Source: an uncultured Candidatus Saccharibacteria bacterium (lineage in GTDB: Bacteria > Patescibacteriota > Minisyncoccia > Phycocordibacterales > UBA9973). From it: DNA of 64,000 nucleotides. Below, piece by piece: positions 19,841 through 28,589 of this stretch. The translations under genes and the position numbers were made by a program. Location: positions 82,381-146,380 of the forward strand of contig CAZGNC010000002.1 of the NCBI GenBank assembly GCA_964527235.1. Reading direction: 5' to 3'. The notes beneath the pieces were generated by a model. The model was given only the letters and a program-made list of their open reading frames with translations, made no database searches and had not been told where the DNA came from. Numbering within the stretch: the stretch's first letter is position 1; each line of letters begins with the position of its first letter.

Positions 19841-21211
19841 TTATTTTAAACCTGAGCATGTGCCACTTGTGTAGCCAGCTTCATTACTAGCTCTACTAAA
19901 ATGCATAGCGTCCTTCTTGGTTTTCCAATAACCACCCCAACCAAATCCTCTGCTTGTAAAAAGTTGCACAAATGCTAGCGGCATATCTGTTGTACATGGA
20001 GATGAAGAGTTTACATAAGGATTGGCGCTAGGGTTTATGTCTATAGCTAAGCCGAAAGCGTGGGCTGAAGGGGTTGTGCTTGTTCCTGTGGCACTTCTTG
20101 GATTAAAGCCACCCACTGAATTTATTCGATAATTTCTAATTGCAGGGTTTGTGCTGTTTTTCCATGCCGTATCTATTATTTGAAGATCCGCCACAATTGA
20201 TTTGTGAACAGTAACACCCTTCCCTAAAAAAACGATATTTACTAAGTTTGCGCTGTCACAAGATACAATTCCTTGTCTGTTTGTCTTTCCACAAATAACA
20301 CCCGGGTCTCCGTCTATTTCAGGGCCTTCGACAAACTGTATTGTTGTTGGATCTATGTCTAAAACAGTGTTAAGTATTTTGGGATTAATTGTATACAGAA
20401 TAATCCAAGCCCCCATTGCTATGAGAAGTCCAACGACCGCGTCTGTAATCCTTTTCTTTCCCTCTCCTTTCGCCCCAGGAAGTTCACTGGTAATGTATTC
20501 TAGGCCACCCATTATTATCATCAAAACTGCGAGCACTGCCGAAATGCCTATGACTAACTTTATTATTACATTTAGATAATTACCCAGTGCATTCGGTGAT
20601 GCTGTATCTATTGGTTCTGTTAGGTTTGGTAATGGTGCAAGAGGTTTGTAGATGGTGGTAGAAGTGGTGGTGTTTGTGGTTGTTGTGGGTGTACCTAATG
20701 GTGTTGTGTTGCCCAACCAGTTCCAATTATTGCCTAGCATATCGCAGGTACCTTCACAGTCATAACCTAGCTCATTCTTACCTTCAGAAGAGTAGTCTGC
20801 ACCGCCGTCACTAATGTTTGTTATACTGACATAGTATTCGCACTCAGGAAGCCTTCCTGAAATTCTGGTCTCACATTCTGATTCACCAGTTTTGTAATTT
20901 AATGAAAAGTTGTCGGAGGTTGTAGATATTTTCCTATTTTCTATTTCTGTCACATCATCATCTGGCCCCAAATAGTCTTTTTCTGTAATACTTATTTCTA
21001 AAGATTTTCCAATACAATTTTTTGTAGAAACGTCGATTCTTATTTGTGGAGGGTTGTTGCCCTTGTACCAAGAAGTTGCTTGGGTGCCAGAGGGGTTGAA
21101 TTTAGTTGATTGTATCGTGCATTTTTCAGCTGCCTGTGCCGAAAAGTTCAATCCAATTACAAAAACTATCACTGAAACAAATATTAGTATGTAGTTTGAA
21201 ATTTTACTCAT
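19841..21211 (-). CDS. T4SS (VirB2/TrbC-type) pilin domain fused to a C-terminal M15 metallopeptidase
   Basis: Signal peptide, Cys-containing beta domain, Thr linker. Pilin hairpin LAVLMIIMGGLEYITS...GKKRITDAVVGLLIA..AWIILYTINP. M15 motifs R, SAHAFGLAID and GFGWGG.W...DAMHF. Confidence 0.8.
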   Translation of the reverse strand: MSKISNYILIFVSVIVFVIGLNFSAQAAEKCTIQSTKFNPSGTQATSWYKGNNPPQIRIDVSTKNCIGKSLEISITEKDYLGPDDDVTEIENRKISTTSDNFSLNYKTGESECETRISGRLPECEYYVSITNISDGGADYSSEGKNELGYDCEGTCDMLGNNWNWLGNTTPLGTPTTTTNTTTSTTIYKPLAPLPNLTEPIDTASPNALGNYLNVIIKLVIGISAVLAVLMIIMGGLEYITSELPGAKGEGKKRITDAVVGLLIAMGAWIILYTINPKILNTVLDIDPTTIQFVEGPEIDGDPGVICGKTNRQGIVSCDSANLVNIVFLGKGVTVHKSIVADLQIIDTAWKNSTNPAIRNYRINSVGGFNPRSATGTSTTPSAHAFGLAIDINPSANPYVNSSSPCTTDMPLAFVQLFTSRGFGWGGYWKTKKDAMHFSRASNEAGYTSGTCSGLK

Positions 21212-22194
21212 TAAAATTGTATGCTTATTTCTTTCTTTGCAGTCTGGAATATTTTGTAACTGTTCTCAATTTCAAGTTTTAAGGTTGATATTCCAGAAGA
21301 GTCGCCTGCAACCTGAAGAGGGATCATGTTGCTTTTTGAGTTTTTATTTTCAACTAAAATTCCATTTATGTACCAATTCCAAATTAATTCAGGTCTACCT
21401 ATTTCTTTTGGTGAAATAAAATACGGGATAGCAGCTAGTGTCTCCTCACCCTGTATTTGATATTGATTAGACAGTGCTTGGTCTAATAACACTCCCATAG
21501 ATGTATCATTTTTATAAAACACAATTTCCGGGTTTGTGGGGGTTATGTTTATTTGGCCTTCTGCTTGGCTTTTCTGGTCCCCTGTTGTCGCGATTGCTGA
21601 TATGCTATTAGAACTATCAAGAAAGCTTCCTGAATATATGAAGAAGTTTTTTCCATAACCAGATTCATTGGGTTGATTGTTTAGGTCTTTCTTCCAGACA
21701 TAGTTCATGTTTTTAGGGTTTACAGAAGTATTCGCTGAGGTCTTTATTTCAGGCATGGCTACTACTTTTATTTTACTATCTGATACAGGTAAAGCTTTCC
21801 CTTTATAAAAAGGAGGAACATATGAATCACTAGCTTGCCAAAGCAGGATCATGGACGAGGGTTTCAACACAACCGTTTTCTCTATTTGGCCATCAGGGAG
21901 AAGAATTCTCGCTCGGACGGTGGTCGTCGTTCCCGAGTCGCCGATAGTTAAAGATAGAGATTTTTTGCCCACACCCGATAGTGCGCTTTTATCATTTATA
22001 AACCAATTGATTTGTACGCTATCTAGGTTGGCAGCATAGCTTCGAAGAGAAATATTTACGTTGGAGTTTGGGCTAGGGTTTTGTGGTGAAACATCAACCA
22101 GGATGCTGCTTGGAGATACGGCTAGGACTGGGTCGGCAAAGCCTACACCCAGTACTAGTACTAAACATACCAATAAATATTTTAAACCCATCAT
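21211..22194 (-). CDS. Secreted beta-rich (Ig/PKD-like) hypothetical protein
   Basis: Signal peptide; three repeats of a W-centred beta motif (INWFIN, YVWKKD, WNWYING); YVPPFYKGKALP. Confidence 0.6.
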   Translation of the reverse strand: MMGLKYLLVCLVLVLGVGFADPVLAVSPSSILVDVSPQNPSPNSNVNISLRSYAANLDSVQINWFINDKSALSGVGKKSLSLTIGDSGTTTTVRARILLPDGQIEKTVVLKPSSMILLWQASDSYVPPFYKGKALPVSDSKIKVVAMPEIKTSANTSVNPKNMNYVWKKDLNNQPNESGYGKNFFIYSGSFLDSSNSISAIATTGDQKSQAEGQINITPTNPEIVFYKNDTSMGVLLDQALSNQYQIQGEETLAAIPYFISPKEIGRPELIWNWYINGILVENKNSKSNMIPLQVAGDSSGISTLKLEIENSYKIFQTAKKEISIQF

Positions 22195-22212
22195 AATAAT
22201 AAAATTATTATA

Positions 22213-24054
22213 TCATTTATAAGGATTTCCCGCTGTCTCTAATTCCATTTTTGCCTTTTTTATTGAAAGGATCTGTGATGGGTCAGATGTGATTATCTGG
22301 TCTTCGGTGTAAGAAGCCACTATTTTTATAGCTACGTGTTTTAGTCCAGCAAAGAATATACCCTCTCCTACTCCTGATTCAAGCAATAAGTACTTTTCCT
22401 CGTCCGTTAGGCTAAATGTCTTTTGAAGTACGTCTATTGTAGTTGGTGACTGCTTTAGTAGTATTTGGATAGAAGAGTTGGTTATTATCGGTATTCCATA
22501 AGGAGAATTCATAAAGTCGCCTGCGTCCTGGGTTATGGTTGCAAGGCCTAGATAATACTTTCTTCCACGTTTAGCAATAGAGTATAGGAAAGAAGCAGTG
22601 TCTTCAGATTTCATCATCCACCAAGCTTCGTCGACTACTAACAATCGCTTTTTAAGGTTTTTTCGGACAGCGTTCCATATGTAGTGCATAACGATATACA
22701 TAGCTACTGGCTTCAGGTCGTCTTCCATGTCGCGCACAGAGAACACCACAAATTTCTTGTTGATATCTACGTTCGAAGGACGGTTTATGAAAGTAGCCCA
22801 AGTTCCCTTGGTGTACTTGGTTAGTCTTTGCATTAAGCTTTCACTTCCCTGCATGCCACCGAGCACCATCTCGAAATCAGACAATAGTGGTGGCTCGATA
22901 TTTGAGAAGTCAGACTGTGTAGTGATATCTTTCAATGCGTAGGTCTCTGATATGGCGCGATCTATTAATGAATCTTCTTCTGGGGTAAGTCCTCCTAGCA
23001 TTAAGCGAAACAAACCAACCAAGTTAATTATGTTTGACCTCAATACGTCTTCTGCGGTTTCGTCTTCTCTGGGAACTGGTAGATCGAAAGGATTAATATG
23101 GTGATCAGAAGATAAAGAGATATTGAAATATCTACCACCAACTGCTTCAGCTAGATATTCATATTCTCTTTCTGGATCGATGACTATAACATCAATGTCG
23201 AACATTAAGGATCTTAGAATTTCGAGTTTAGTAGCATAGGATTTTCCAGAGCCAGCCTTAGCAAATGTAACAGAGTTATAGTTCTCAAGAGAAAATCTAT
23301 CGAAGATAACGAGGCTAGAGTTGTGGCGGTTTATGCCATATAGTATTCCCTTGTCTGAAGTAAGGTCGAAGGAAATGAATGGGAAAATACTAGAAAGTGG
23401 GTCAGAGTTTAGCTTCTGGTGTACTTCTAGTAGGTCTGTGCCTAGTGGGATAACGCTCTTGAAGCCCTCTTCTTGTTGGAATAATGCAGGTTTTATATAG
23501 ATCAATTTGGATTCAAGCATTGATTTGACCTCATTTTCAACCCTAAACAGATCAGCTTCGTTGTCACCATAGATGGTTATGTAAACTCCAACATCAAACA
23601 TCTTTTCTTGTGCTTGGATTAAGTTGTCACGAAGTTCTTCGAGGTCTTGGTGAGCAGTGTCGAGCATTGGGTCACGCACCATTCCCTTTGCTTCTCGTAT
23701 TCCTATCTGGCTTTGCACCTCGGCAACTTTTTTCTGGAATTGTCTTAATACTACAGAAGTATCAATCGGGTGAACGAAAATAGAAACATCAAAAATTTTA
23801 TCCAAGTTTATTATTGGCGAGAACCAATTATCAGATAAATATCTAGGATAAGAAATTATAAAGAAAGTGCGAGCTATTTTATCACCCAAGTTTAGGCCCT
23901 TAGATTCTACTTTGAGTGCTGAAGGGGCGATAACGTCAGCAAGTTCTAGCGTCGCTGACTTGTAAATTTCTTCTGGTAGGACAGACAAAACAGAGCTTTT
24001 CATTTGCCCTACTTCGTCACTTTTTCTTCCCAATAATTTATCAAAAATTCCCAT
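22213..24054 (-). CDS. VirB4-like type IV secretion ATPase
   Basis: Walker A AKAGSGKS, VIDPEREY, INPFD, Walker B LVVDEAW, RGRKY, ITQD. Start placed at ATG 24054 after the upstream stop. Confidence 0.88.
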   Translation of the reverse strand: MGIFDKLLGRKSDEVGQMKSSVLSVLPEEIYKSATLELADVIAPSALKVESKGLNLGDKIARTFFIISYPRYLSDNWFSPIINLDKIFDVSIFVHPIDTSVVLRQFQKKVAEVQSQIGIREAKGMVRDPMLDTAHQDLEELRDNLIQAQEKMFDVGVYITIYGDNEADLFRVENEVKSMLESKLIYIKPALFQQEEGFKSVIPLGTDLLEVHQKLNSDPLSSIFPFISFDLTSDKGILYGINRHNSSLVIFDRFSLENYNSVTFAKAGSGKSYATKLEILRSLMFDIDVIVIDPEREYEYLAEAVGGRYFNISLSSDHHINPFDLPVPREDETAEDVLRSNIINLVGLFRLMLGGLTPEEDSLIDRAISETYALKDITTQSDFSNIEPPLLSDFEMVLGGMQGSESLMQRLTKYTKGTWATFINRPSNVDINKKFVVFSVRDMEDDLKPVAMYIVMHYIWNAVRKNLKKRLLVVDEAWWMMKSEDTASFLYSIAKRGRKYYLGLATITQDAGDFMNSPYGIPIITNSSIQILLKQSPTTIDVLQKTFSLTDEEKYLLLESGVGEGIFFAGLKHVAIKIVASYTEDQIITSDPSQILSIKKAKMELETAGNPYK

Positions 24055-24061
24055 ATATTTA

Positions 24062-24709
24062 TTATAGTTGTGTGCCAACTTGAATCTTACCTTCTTGCTC
24101 TCCGGGATTGAAAACTTTATAAAAAATTTCAACGACTTCTTCACTACCTAGCTGGATTGATTTAATGCCACAGCGAGCAAGCCCTTGCTGAACTACGTTC
24201 ACTCTTTGTTCAAGCTGGGAGCGTTGTTCTTCGAAATCCATCTGACGGCTAGCATTTATCTCAGACTCTTCCCTCTTTTTAAATATTCCCATCAATGCAT
24301 TTGATTCTGATTTTAGACTCACACGAGAATAAGGCACTACCACGAAGAAAGTTTTAGTCATTATGCTTACAGAATCTGTGAATTTCCTTATAAATTCTAT
24401 GTATTCCTTGGTTTGAAGTTTAAGTAGCGGTTCGTTGAGCACTTTCATTCTGTCTTCTAGAGTTAGAAGATAAGGTCGAATATCTAGTCTTCTAGACTGA
24501 ATTGAAATTTGAGCAGAGAAATCCAGGGTGTTTAGAAAGCTTTGGAACTGTAGAATTATGGCTTTCTGCTCGTCGTTGGATTTGAGCGATAAGTTGGTAG
24601 AGTTGGCTAGCACAACAGCACGAAGACCTCCGTCTTTTAGGATTATGATTCCATCACGGACTTCTTGTATTGGTACGAAATCTTGGGCTGCTTTTGCCTT
24701 TATTGCCAT
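24062..24709 (-). CDS. TraC/VirB4 N-terminal-like protein
   Basis: QDFVPIQEVRDGIIILKDG, NLSLKS.DEQ.AII..FQ.FLN.LDF; lies between PrgI and the VirB4 ATPase. Confidence 0.7.
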   Translation of the reverse strand: MAIKAKAAQDFVPIQEVRDGIIILKDGGLRAVVLANSTNLSLKSNDEQKAIILQFQSFLNTLDFSAQISIQSRRLDIRPYLLTLEDRMKVLNEPLLKLQTKEYIEFIRKFTDSVSIMTKTFFVVVPYSRVSLKSESNALMGIFKKREESEINASRQMDFEEQRSQLEQRVNVVQQGLARCGIKSIQLGSEEVVEIFYKVFNPGEQEGKIQVGTQL

Positions 24710-24737
24710 TGAAATTTTATTTTTACAAACCTAATAA

Positions 24738-25157
24738 CTAATTTCTTTCTTTGTTTAAATCCAAAACGTCTAAACTCCAAGCCAAATCACGCAACTTCCC
24801 ACTACTCATTTTGATTTCGGGTGCGGTAGTTGGTTTTTGGTTGGCGAATGCTTGTGCTCTTTGCTGATCATATGTTTTCGGCTCCTTCTTCCATATATAC
24901 AGTTTACTCTGCATGAAGTATTTTATACTAGCTTCTAGCATGTCTACGAATGGTTTATTGTTGGGCCTGTAGAAAGTTAGCGCCACAGTAAGTGCTATGA
25001 GGATAACCAACGGAATAAATCCCCAGAAAAGACCCAGCAGTCGATACACAACAAAACACATCCCTCCCCCTCCTGCCAGGTATATGAACTGTCTGAAAGT
25101 GAAAGGGCCAAAAATTTTATCTTCTATTTCTAAAAATTGTGGTACTTTAAACTGCAT
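24738..25157 (-). CDS. PrgI family (VirB3-like) membrane protein
   Basis: MQFKVPQFLEIEDKIFGPFTFRQF plus two TMs and N.KPF. Confidence 0.85.
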   Translation of the reverse strand: MQFKVPQFLEIEDKIFGPFTFRQFIYLAGGGGMCFVVYRLLGLFWGFIPLVILIALTVALTFYRPNNKPFVDMLEASIKYFMQSKLYIWKKEPKTYDQQRAQAFANQKPTTAPEIKMSSGKLRDLAWSLDVLDLNKERN

Positions 25158-25160
25158 ATC

Positions 25161-26309
25161 TTATTCTATCACTTCTCGGTACGGATCGGTACCAGACTTA
25201 GGGTCTTTATTTAGAGCTGGTGCCGGAGTTGCAACTTTTGAAATGTTTTTCATCGCATAGTCAGTTTGAGTTTTAGGGATTTGGAAAGTTCCGGCGAATT
25301 TTTGCGCTTCGATAGACTTAGGAGGAGTTGGCCCACCAGAAGCAAGATGCCATTCTTGTTTGAGCATCTCTTCTCTGTCTATGTTGTTGGCTGGGTTTGG
25401 AGCAGCAGGCTGCTGTGCGACTCTAGGAGGAGGTGTTGGGATTGGAGCATTAGGCATAATAGGAGATGGTCTTGGGATTGGGACCACGTTATGGGCATTT
25501 GGGGCATTCTTTACATCAGGCATAAGCTCTATGCCTGCCTTTTTCAACGTTTGCATGTCGTCTTTTAGGGTGTGCACAGTTGAGGCAGGGTCTGGGATAA
25601 CTGTTTTGGCTGGTGCTGCTGTCGGTGCTGATGCTGGGGTTTTGTTTTCACTACTTGCGTTCATCATGTTTTCTCTGATTTTCTTTATTATCTTTTCATT
25701 TACATCAGTTACTAACTTTGGAATTAGTTCAGTTGGGATTTTAAGCTTGTCTTTTAGCGCTTGTTCGAATTGAGTAGGTTGAATTACTCCAGTTATAACA
25801 TCAACAGTTACTACTTCTAGAATGCCTGTCTGCTCTACGTTTAGCTTGTTGTCTTTAGATATAGTGTAAATTATGTTTTGGTAATCTAGCTTGGAGATAG
25901 CATCTTGGACATTTTTTGCCAAGTTAGCAAAGCGTTCATCTAGTCCTTGTGTTTCGAGTTCTGGTTCTGGATTCTGAGAGTTTGCCTTAAATGTATTATT
26001 TAGCTCTGTTTTTATTGGGTTTATTACTAGGCTATTTATCTCTTCAAGCATGTTGCCGAATGCGTCTTTCGCCAATAGAGATATTTCTTTTTTAAGATTT
26101 GACTCGAATTCTTCTGTGGAAATTATGCCCAGTAATACTAAAGTGGCCTCAGTCCCAAGAGTTTGTATTTGAGCCTCAGTTAGGTTGTATTTAATACTTA
26201 TCCTCTTCAATGTTTCTAACCAGCTCATGCTTGCAAACATTGATTGAACTGTTGGTGGCAACTTTGCGTAAAAAATAGCTATATTTTGTTTTAATTCTTC
26301 AGGATTCAT
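25161..26309 (-). CDS. Hypothetical protein: tandem helical domain, Pro-rich tail, C-terminal DPYRE motif
   Basis: Two internal repeats (F.xL...VQ...L..EQ/Q..L......V..G.I....FE..LK), then a low-complexity region and GTDPYREVIE. Confidence 0.7.
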   Translation of the reverse strand: MNPEELKQNIAIFYAKLPPTVQSMFASMSWLETLKRISIKYNLTEAQIQTLGTEATLVLLGIISTEEFESNLKKEISLLAKDAFGNMLEEINSLVINPIKTELNNTFKANSQNPEPELETQGLDERFANLAKNVQDAISKLDYQNIIYTISKDNKLNVEQTGILEVVTVDVITGVIQPTQFEQALKDKLKIPTELIPKLVTDVNEKIIKKIRENMMNASSENKTPASAPTAAPAKTVIPDPASTVHTLKDDMQTLKKAGIELMPDVKNAPNAHNVVPIPRPSPIMPNAPIPTPPPRVAQQPAAPNPANNIDREEMLKQEWHLASGGPTPPKSIEAQKFAGTFQIPKTQTDYAMKNISKVATPAPALNKDPKSGTDPYREVIE

Positions 26310-26325
26310 TGTTTTAAATTATTTT

Positions 26326-28575
26326 TTAATGATGTCCTCCCCCACCTCCGTGTGATTCTTTCTTCTCATCTCCTACGTGAGATAGGTCAACGTTTATTTT
26401 TACATTTTTGAGTGCATCAGATATTGTGGTGCCCAAGTCTTTAAAGAATGCCCCCTGTCCCTTACCATAATCTACCCCCATTTGCTTGAATCCTCCACGC
26501 ATACTCAAACCAATAGCCCCAACTATCCCTGCAGTTAGTTTAGAAAACATTGTTCCTTGCTCCTTGGCTACAACTTCAGCTACGTTGCGTAAATCATATG
26601 TCCCTGTTACACCTGATTGCACGACACTACTTATAATTCCTTGCTTAGGCCGAGCCTCAACAATTGTATGTAAGTCGTCCCATGTTTGTTGTGTAGCAAG
26701 AAGTCCTCCAGCAACGGGACCATGGGCGCCTGACCCTATTGCATTATTGATGATATCTCTTTCTTGTTGTGTTAATGAATCCCATTTCCTCCCTTGTAGT
26801 GCTATGCCGAGTGGGTTAGCAGCAGCATTGTTGCCTGAGTTTTCTCGTACAGCTCTGTCCCTAGCCATTTTTTCTCTAGCTTCATATCTTTCTTGTCCAT
26901 TTAGTTCATCCCATTTTTTCTTTGAACCATGCGTAATAGTATTCGCAATTGAATCTAGTTCATGTCGGGCATGGGCTGCGTGCCGTACTCCTACTTGGTC
27001 AGTATTAAGTAGATTACCAAGCGTTCTTTGTGCCCCAGCAATTCCCGTGCCTTGTTGCATTAGTCCTACTAACTGATCTTTTCTTGAGCTAAATATCTCT
27101 GATCTTGCCTTAAATCTCTCAACTATATTGGAATTTGGGTTATTCAATATTGCTCTATTGGCCACTATCCTGTTTGTGTTTTGCTGAATTCTATTAGCTG
27201 CAGTATCCCCCGTAGAAGCTCCTTTCATAAAGGCTCCTACTGTATTTCTTCCCACAAATGCTGTGCCTAGTGCTGCGCCTCCTATGCCCACAACTCCTGC
27301 AGTCTTAAGCCCACTCATCACTATGTCGGTAAACTGTCCTGAAGCTGATTTAGCATATTTAACGCCCTTAAGAAGTAGTATGACAATCAACACCGCAGGC
27401 ATGAAGAGTATTATTAGCTGGGCTATTGCGCCTTTATTGTTGCTGTCAGCGACAGAGGCAAATATTTTCGCATTAAGTATTTCTGATATGACGTACAGGA
27501 TGAACATGAATATTGCCGCCATGAAAGAAGTCTGGAAGAGTTGCCCTATCCAGCTATCGAAGCCTATAGTGTCCTTCCCCCTTAGGCTAGGTACTGCCCT
27601 TGTTACAAAGGCCACTGGCGATACGATCATTAGCATCATCAAGGTTAACATTCTCCCAAGCATACTTATACCAGCCATTAAAAATGCATAAGACAAAGCA
27701 AAAGCAATAATTCCGTATATTACCATCAGAGATATTTTAAAGGTTGTACTTAGCTGAGGTGTTCGCGGATCTTGTTTTAAATTTTCGAAGAATGTCCCAC
27801 TAAAAAATGCATTGACATCAAAGCCAGAAATAAGAGCAGCGCCGAGCTCCTTTTCTCCCTGGTTTGCACTTATTGCATTCTGTACTGGGCGAGAGGTGTT
27901 TATTTTATTGTAGAAGACTAAAGCCGTTATGTTCGATGCATCTATGACTACCTTAGTGAAGAAAAGGCTAAAGTTCACAAGAAGAGCTACCATGATAACT
28001 GTAGCAACTATTTTGTTTGCTTCCCCGTGGCCTAGGTCTAGGATTTTTTGTATTGCAGCGTAAAGCAATATAAGGATAAAGAAAATATTGGCTAGGTCGC
28101 GAACAACTGTCCAGATGCTGGCAACAAAGTCAGCTTTATACATATTACTACTTAGCGTCAGTGCGGCCGTGAAGTCGAACATTTTCGCAAAGACAGCCAT
28201 CAACATCGACGGCAGAGTAACAAAGAAGACGTAAGTTACTTTCTGGATACATCCTTCTAGGCTAAAGTCTAACAAGTTCTCACAGTCATCTAGGTTTTTT
28301 TCAAGTTCTGATTCTTGTTTTGGTGCTGGATTGCTTGAAGAGTATGGAGTCCAGATTGCATTATTTCCATCAGATCCCATTTTGGATTCACAGGCTACCT
28401 TATTCATTTTGTGTACAGTTTGTTTTACATGGCGATTCCCTTGAGCTGTCGTGTATTCACAGGTTCCTAGTAATTCATCTGCTACAGCTTGAGTTGAAGC
28501 CATGGAAAAACCTGCTACCAAGATAGACAGTGCGAATATAAATGGGATTAATTTTTTAATTATTTTCGCTAACAT
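26326..28575 (-). CDS. VirB6/TrbL-like polytopic membrane protein with long C-terminal extension
   Basis: W.VVRDLANIFFILILLY, ALLVNFSLFFTKVVIDASN, R...LM.L.IVSPVAF; many TMs; located in the T4SS cluster. Confidence 0.7.
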   Translation of the reverse strand: MLAKIIKKLIPFIFALSILVAGFSMASTQAVADELLGTCEYTTAQGNRHVKQTVHKMNKVACESKMGSDGNNAIWTPYSSSNPAPKQESELEKNLDDCENLLDFSLEGCIQKVTYVFFVTLPSMLMAVFAKMFDFTAALTLSSNMYKADFVASIWTVVRDLANIFFILILLYAAIQKILDLGHGEANKIVATVIMVALLVNFSLFFTKVVIDASNITALVFYNKINTSRPVQNAISANQGEKELGAALISGFDVNAFFSGTFFENLKQDPRTPQLSTTFKISLMVIYGIIAFALSYAFLMAGISMLGRMLTLMMLMIVSPVAFVTRAVPSLRGKDTIGFDSWIGQLFQTSFMAAIFMFILYVISEILNAKIFASVADSNNKGAIAQLIILFMPAVLIVILLLKGVKYAKSASGQFTDIVMSGLKTAGVVGIGGAALGTAFVGRNTVGAFMKGASTGDTAANRIQQNTNRIVANRAILNNPNSNIVERFKARSEIFSSRKDQLVGLMQQGTGIAGAQRTLGNLLNTDQVGVRHAAHARHELDSIANTITHGSKKKWDELNGQERYEAREKMARDRAVRENSGNNAAANPLGIALQGRKWDSLTQQERDIINNAIGSGAHGPVAGGLLATQQTWDDLHTIVEARPKQGIISSVVQSGVTGTYDLRNVAEVVAKEQGTMFSKLTAGIVGAIGLSMRGGFKQMGVDYGKGQGAFFKDLGTTISDALKNVKINVDLSHVGDEKKESHGGGGGHH

Positions 28576-28589
28576 TTTTAATAACTTTT

